From positions 12,588,001 to 12,652,000 of the forward strand of contig NW_024704743.1 in the NCBI RefSeq assembly GCF_018977255.1: a stretch of 64,000 nt of DNA, written 5' to 3'. Origin of the DNA: Callorhinchus milii (taxonomy: Eukaryota). A program made the position numbers and the translations under genes. The notes beneath the pieces were generated by a model, which did not search any database, was not told where the DNA came from, and saw only the letters and a list, made by a program, of their open reading frames with translations. Numbering within the stretch: the stretch's first letter is position 1; every line of letters starts with the position of its first letter. This document shows, one piece after another, positions 37,040 to 64,000 of the stretch.

Positions 37040-39714
37040 TTTGTCTTGTTTAAAGTTTTCACTTTTAATGGACCAAAGCTTGAGTTATGTAGCAAAAATT
37101 AGATTTCACCAAACTCTAAATTTCAGCTCCTTTTGTGTAAAAACAGTTGTTGAATACCAACCACTAAAAAAAACTTTTTTTTTCTTAAATAAGGTTTAGT
37201 TTTAAGAAACTGTATACATCATTTGAGACAAACTTGTACACAGTAATTGAAGTTATACATGCAGCTTTTAGTATGTACAAATGGCAAAGCTTAGAACAAC
37301 AAAATTAAAGACTCAATAGTTTTTATGGTTATTTACAATTTTCATACATCGATTAAAAAAATTGTACAATACTGGAAGAGCACAGGGTAGGACAGCCACA
37401 ACATTCACTCCTTTACAAAGACATCTATATACAAACACTCAGCCTCAAGAGAATTCACAGTTTGTTCAGAATCACGGAGCAGGACCAGAGTAGTGGGGAC
37501 GACAGAGATGAAAACATACTGTGAAGTGCAGTTTCAGCAGGACAGCAGTTTAACAAATGTACATGGAAAACAATTGGCTAAACTCTTGTGGAGTAGCCGA
37601 GTCATTACCATCAATTTCCAAGGGTGTTGAACCAACAGGTTTGCTTAAAATGGAAAAGGAATGAATTAAGCCAGCTGTATGCTAACATTTTGGCTCCTAA
37701 ACAAGGGCCACTTCAAGCAACTTGTAAATCTTCCACCAGTTGTATTTCTAATACAGTCATTCTAGAGATTCCGGTTCACTAAATAATGACATGAAATGGG
37801 AATTAACCATTCAAGTGTTTATCTTTGTGATAAAACCCAAATATAGACTATGCAACAGAGTTGGGTGCCTCTGAAGGACTCTAAATTCTGTAACCGACTC
37901 TCCCACAAACATGGTGAATGAAGGATTTCAACTGATACAGCCACTGTGTCCAAGATCAGTTATGGTACTGGCACATTGACGAGTTATTAAACTAATTGAA
38001 CATGACACGAACATAACTAATTGAATTAAGTGAACATGTGCTGGCTGATGAAGTTCTGCGGATTGATCATATCATAGGACATTTTGTCTTAGGACAGCAC
38101 TGTTTGATTATTGCATCTCCTGCTCACAAATGTTCAGCCTGGGCTGGTAAACACTTTATGACTACAACTGAAACGTGTGCTCAGATTCACACTACCATTC
38201 ACTGTCTCTGTACAAAACGGCATTCCTTGTAAATAAAGGGTCATCCTTGCAAAGTGCAGCTAGAGTAAGTAATATATTGTAGGTGGGTCCCTTCTTTTCA
38301 ATATCCTACCCAAATATTTTTTCCAGCAACAGAGACATGCTTTGCTATCACTAAATCCAACCTATCATGTTGTATAGTCTTTATATATCCCAGTTCTTTG
38401 GGTAAAGGAGTGTTTACTAAAGGGTTCTAAATTTAGAATTGGGACTTTACCATACACCTGCAGTGGTCAACTCTGCAAAGAATCCCATTTCCTTATGAAA
38501 CTATGCCATAGTATAAAGGTAATAATTTACATTGAACCTCAACACAATGTTACAGGTCCACAGTTATCCTTAAATTATTATTTTTTAAGGTTAGTTATTT
38601 GTAAGTGCAACTGTGTTTATTATGCTATATTAACACAACCTATAAGAGAAGGAAAATATTCTTACATACACAGAGCTCAAGGCATATATTATTGGCTGAA
38701 TCTCCATATCATCTAACCTGTAAGACTATTTTATCTTAAAATTTAAGGTGACGTGGAAAATGCTTAAATTCAGTCTTAATTTTGTTGCCAGATCTTCTCA
38801 TGGACTGAAAAACACTTCCAAATCAAGGCTAATTTCAAGATTTTTCCATAATTCTGGATGATCTTTAATTTTAGGACAAAATAGTCCTAAAGGATAAAAA
38901 TAAAGTGGAACTTCAGGCTTAATTTGTGTATTAAAGAAGCCATTTTCATTACCAGTGCAGCAGTACTTTTACACCAACTGCAGATAACCTGCACATCCAT
39001 CAGGGCTTTCCCAGAGCAGGTTTAGCTAAGTGCAGTATAGTGTGTTATTGATACATTTAGGCCAATTGCTGCTTATTGTTATCTAAAGCATCATCTCTTT
39101 TTACTCTAAATAACCAGATATTTATTGTAAAATATACAGTGCAGTTTACTCCTTCCAGCAAATCTCCCGGAACAAGAACGCTTAGCAGGAGATACATTCC
39201 ATATACCCGCATGTGTAACTGCAGTCAATGACTAAGATGAAAGAGGTGCAAAATAACCAGCCACTCATTTCCTGGATGCTGGTTATTTGAGAGTTCAGGT
39301 CACAAGCGAGAGAGTGCAGTGACTGACTGACGAGATTGTGGAATTCTAGAGCACAAACTGCTGTCTTAGCTCCATCCTGCAAGTGATGACGTTAAAGAGA
39401 CTTATTGAGATTTCATCATTGTGCAACATTCAGAGTAATAAATAACAAGACAGACCAAGACAATGCTGAATGACAGTACTGAAAGCCTGGATACAGCCAT
39501 TGATGTTTGGAAGTGGCGCATTTGATCCAAACTCTTGAATGCTCTGTTGACTCCTGAAGGTCAGTAGAATGGTAGATGTAGAAAGTGCCCAATACAGTAC
39601 AGTGTCTGACACACAAAGGCAATTCAGAAGATTCTCTCCTAGGTGGGGTTTATGGACATCAGTACAGTCCTAGCACTTAGATAAGACTCCCTGCAGTTGT
39701 ATATAGCAAAACAG
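37040..39714 (-). other. PHACTR1: probable PHACTR1 3' UTR (about 2.7 kb), candidate ATTAAA signal at 37064-37069
   Basis: Stretch free of LINEs and SINEs and AT-rich after the stop; TGTA elements and an ATTAAA on the - strand; SINE/LINE density resumes below about 36970. Confidence 0.5.
38724..38886. repeat. AT-rich palindromic MITE-like element
   Basis: GACTATTTTATCTTAAAATTTAAG ... CTTTAATTTTAGGACAAAATAGTC, with a second inner inverted pair. Confidence 0.7.
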
Positions 39715-62138
<22,424 letters not shown>

Positions 62139-64000
62139 CTAAAAAGAAGAACAGACGGAAATATGGATCAAGGCAACAGCTCGTAAAAATAAATGATTAA
62201 TTATGAAACATGTTTACGCTTTCCCTACAGCGCTGAGTTCAGAATAGGAGGGATGAGGAACACCGATCAAATGTAAAGTGAGACTATAATCAAACAGTGT
62301 CCTTTCAGTGTCTTGAATCCTGTCCAAGCAGATGCAATGAAAGTCTCTTCTCTGGTGACATGTTAAGGTCTCAGTTGGCATGTGTTTGTTTGAGTAGCTG
62401 CTATCCAGTAACTAACAGAAATCAATCTACAGGGTAAATCTGTCTTCATATTCACGAACTGCACTATATAGGAAAACATTTCCATGCATCTAGTTACAAA
62501 GGTTTTTTTTAAAATTGGATTTAACAATGGTCTGAAATTTGCTACATGGGCAAAACATTTAAAATATACCTCTTTCAAAGCACTTTCAGTCATCTTTCCC
62601 CTCCACCTTGTCTCCTACATCACCCCCTCCTTCTCGCCGGGGTGCACATCCAGCACTATGAAATGCTTTGAGATACTGTCCCGATGCGAAAGGTGCTATA
62701 TTGAATTTGCTGCACTCCAGCAGTTCACAGCAATAGAAGCGCTTTCTGCACCCTGCATTATACTGTAGTACAGCAGGGCTTCATTTCAATGCAACAGCCA
62801 ATTATAAATTTGACAACACATTTAAAATAAATGATGACAGAACCATTAACAAGGGTAGGGATAACTCAGAAATAAAAGAATAAGAAGCAGAGTGTAAAAT
62901 AACACTAACTGTAGTCTAAAATGCTCTGGACGTTTATGACAACAGCTTTCAAACTGAAGGAACTGGAGCGTACAAGCACTGTTGTCCTGAAGATACCAAC
63001 ACAAGTGCCTATCATCCAATTAGACACTTTCCAAAATGTCAGCCTGCCTCTCCCCATCTAATCATCTGTAAACCACAAAACCGCGTCTCTCTTAATAAGG
63101 AAAATCTGACTTCTACTCTTATGAAAAGCACAGTCATTATAATGGCCCATAAAAAGTGCTGGCACAATTAGCAAAATGCTCATACAATTCTAATTAAATC
63201 TGATGGGACATTTAAGTTGCAAAAACCTATTTACAATCTTCCTGAAACCTGTCAAGGATACAAGTGCTGTTCTGTCTATTATTTCGGAATTTTCTCAACA
63301 TCACTGTTGAAATCTCATACTGCTGCATTTAACTGCACAAAGTATCACATGAACAATACCTGAACTATTGCAAGTATCTGAAAATATCCACAAGAAAACT
63401 GAGACAGAAACATCAGAGATCACACTTGAAGGCACAACAAATCTTCACACTGGGCGTCTATTATGCAGGCTGTATAAACTTTGTGTAAACAACCTGTACA
63501 GAGCGAATTTGTAATTAACCATTGAAAACAATTTGTTCTGTAGTTAACAACTACCAATAATAATTTCTTAAATAGTGTATAAAATTAGCAATAATCCTTT
63601 TATTTTAAGGATATCTGTAACTCCTGCTGCCCACACAATTTTTGCACAACTGGCTTACTAGGCCTCGATTTTCAACTACAATCTAAAAATGAAAAGAGTC
63701 AATCTTATGTTCTTTGCCTTTTGGTTGCACTTACTTGAAAGCTTATGACATCACTGAGATTTAGCCCTCTGATCTGTCACGTTGAAATCAATGTGTTTCC
63801 ATCAGACAGAAGACTTGAGCCTTAGTGCACTGGAGAATGTCAATATTCCACGGGGTTGAAGATAACACTCATCACCTTTCAAACTGCCGCAAGGCAGTGA
63901 CCAAAGGCAAACGGGAACATCATCAATGCATGTTTTTGTGCGATACACACAGTGAATTAATTCCTAAGGTCCCAGTTGTAAAACAAACTATGGAATGAGA

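Overview
Vertebrate genomic DNA, most likely a cartilaginous fish. The repeat landscape (L2/CR1 LINEs, Deu-domain tRNA SINEs, a Penelope-type remnant) suggests a chimaera or shark; this is inference. Two genes lie tail-to-tail. TBC1D7 is on the + strand with a complete CDS of 7 coding exons (1715-28835, 292 aa). The 3' part of PHACTR1 is on the - strand with 8 coding exons (62138-39715), covering the C-terminal RPEL repeats and the PP1-binding end; its 5' exons are outside the window. Two different decayed endogenous retroviruses sit in TBC1D7 introns, both in sense orientation. (1) 7354-15092(+) is a basal retrovirus-like element, probably lokiretrovirus/NYNRIN-like, with a tRNA-Arg PBS, CCHC gag, YVDD RT, tether plus retroviral RNase H and integrase. 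It is followed by an orphan 0.7 kb segment and a third PPT+LTR stub. (2) 19304-25229(+) is a foamy-virus-like ERV with a tRNA-Lys1,2 PBS, foamy-like Gag/Pol motifs, a splice donor in R and a 4-bp TSD, inserted into an L2. The rest is dense in L2, CR1, SINEs (two nested inverted pairs), palindromic MITE-like elements and several short locally templated duplications. Similarities to known proteins and RNAs are from recall and manual reading, not database searches; repeat boundaries are approximate.
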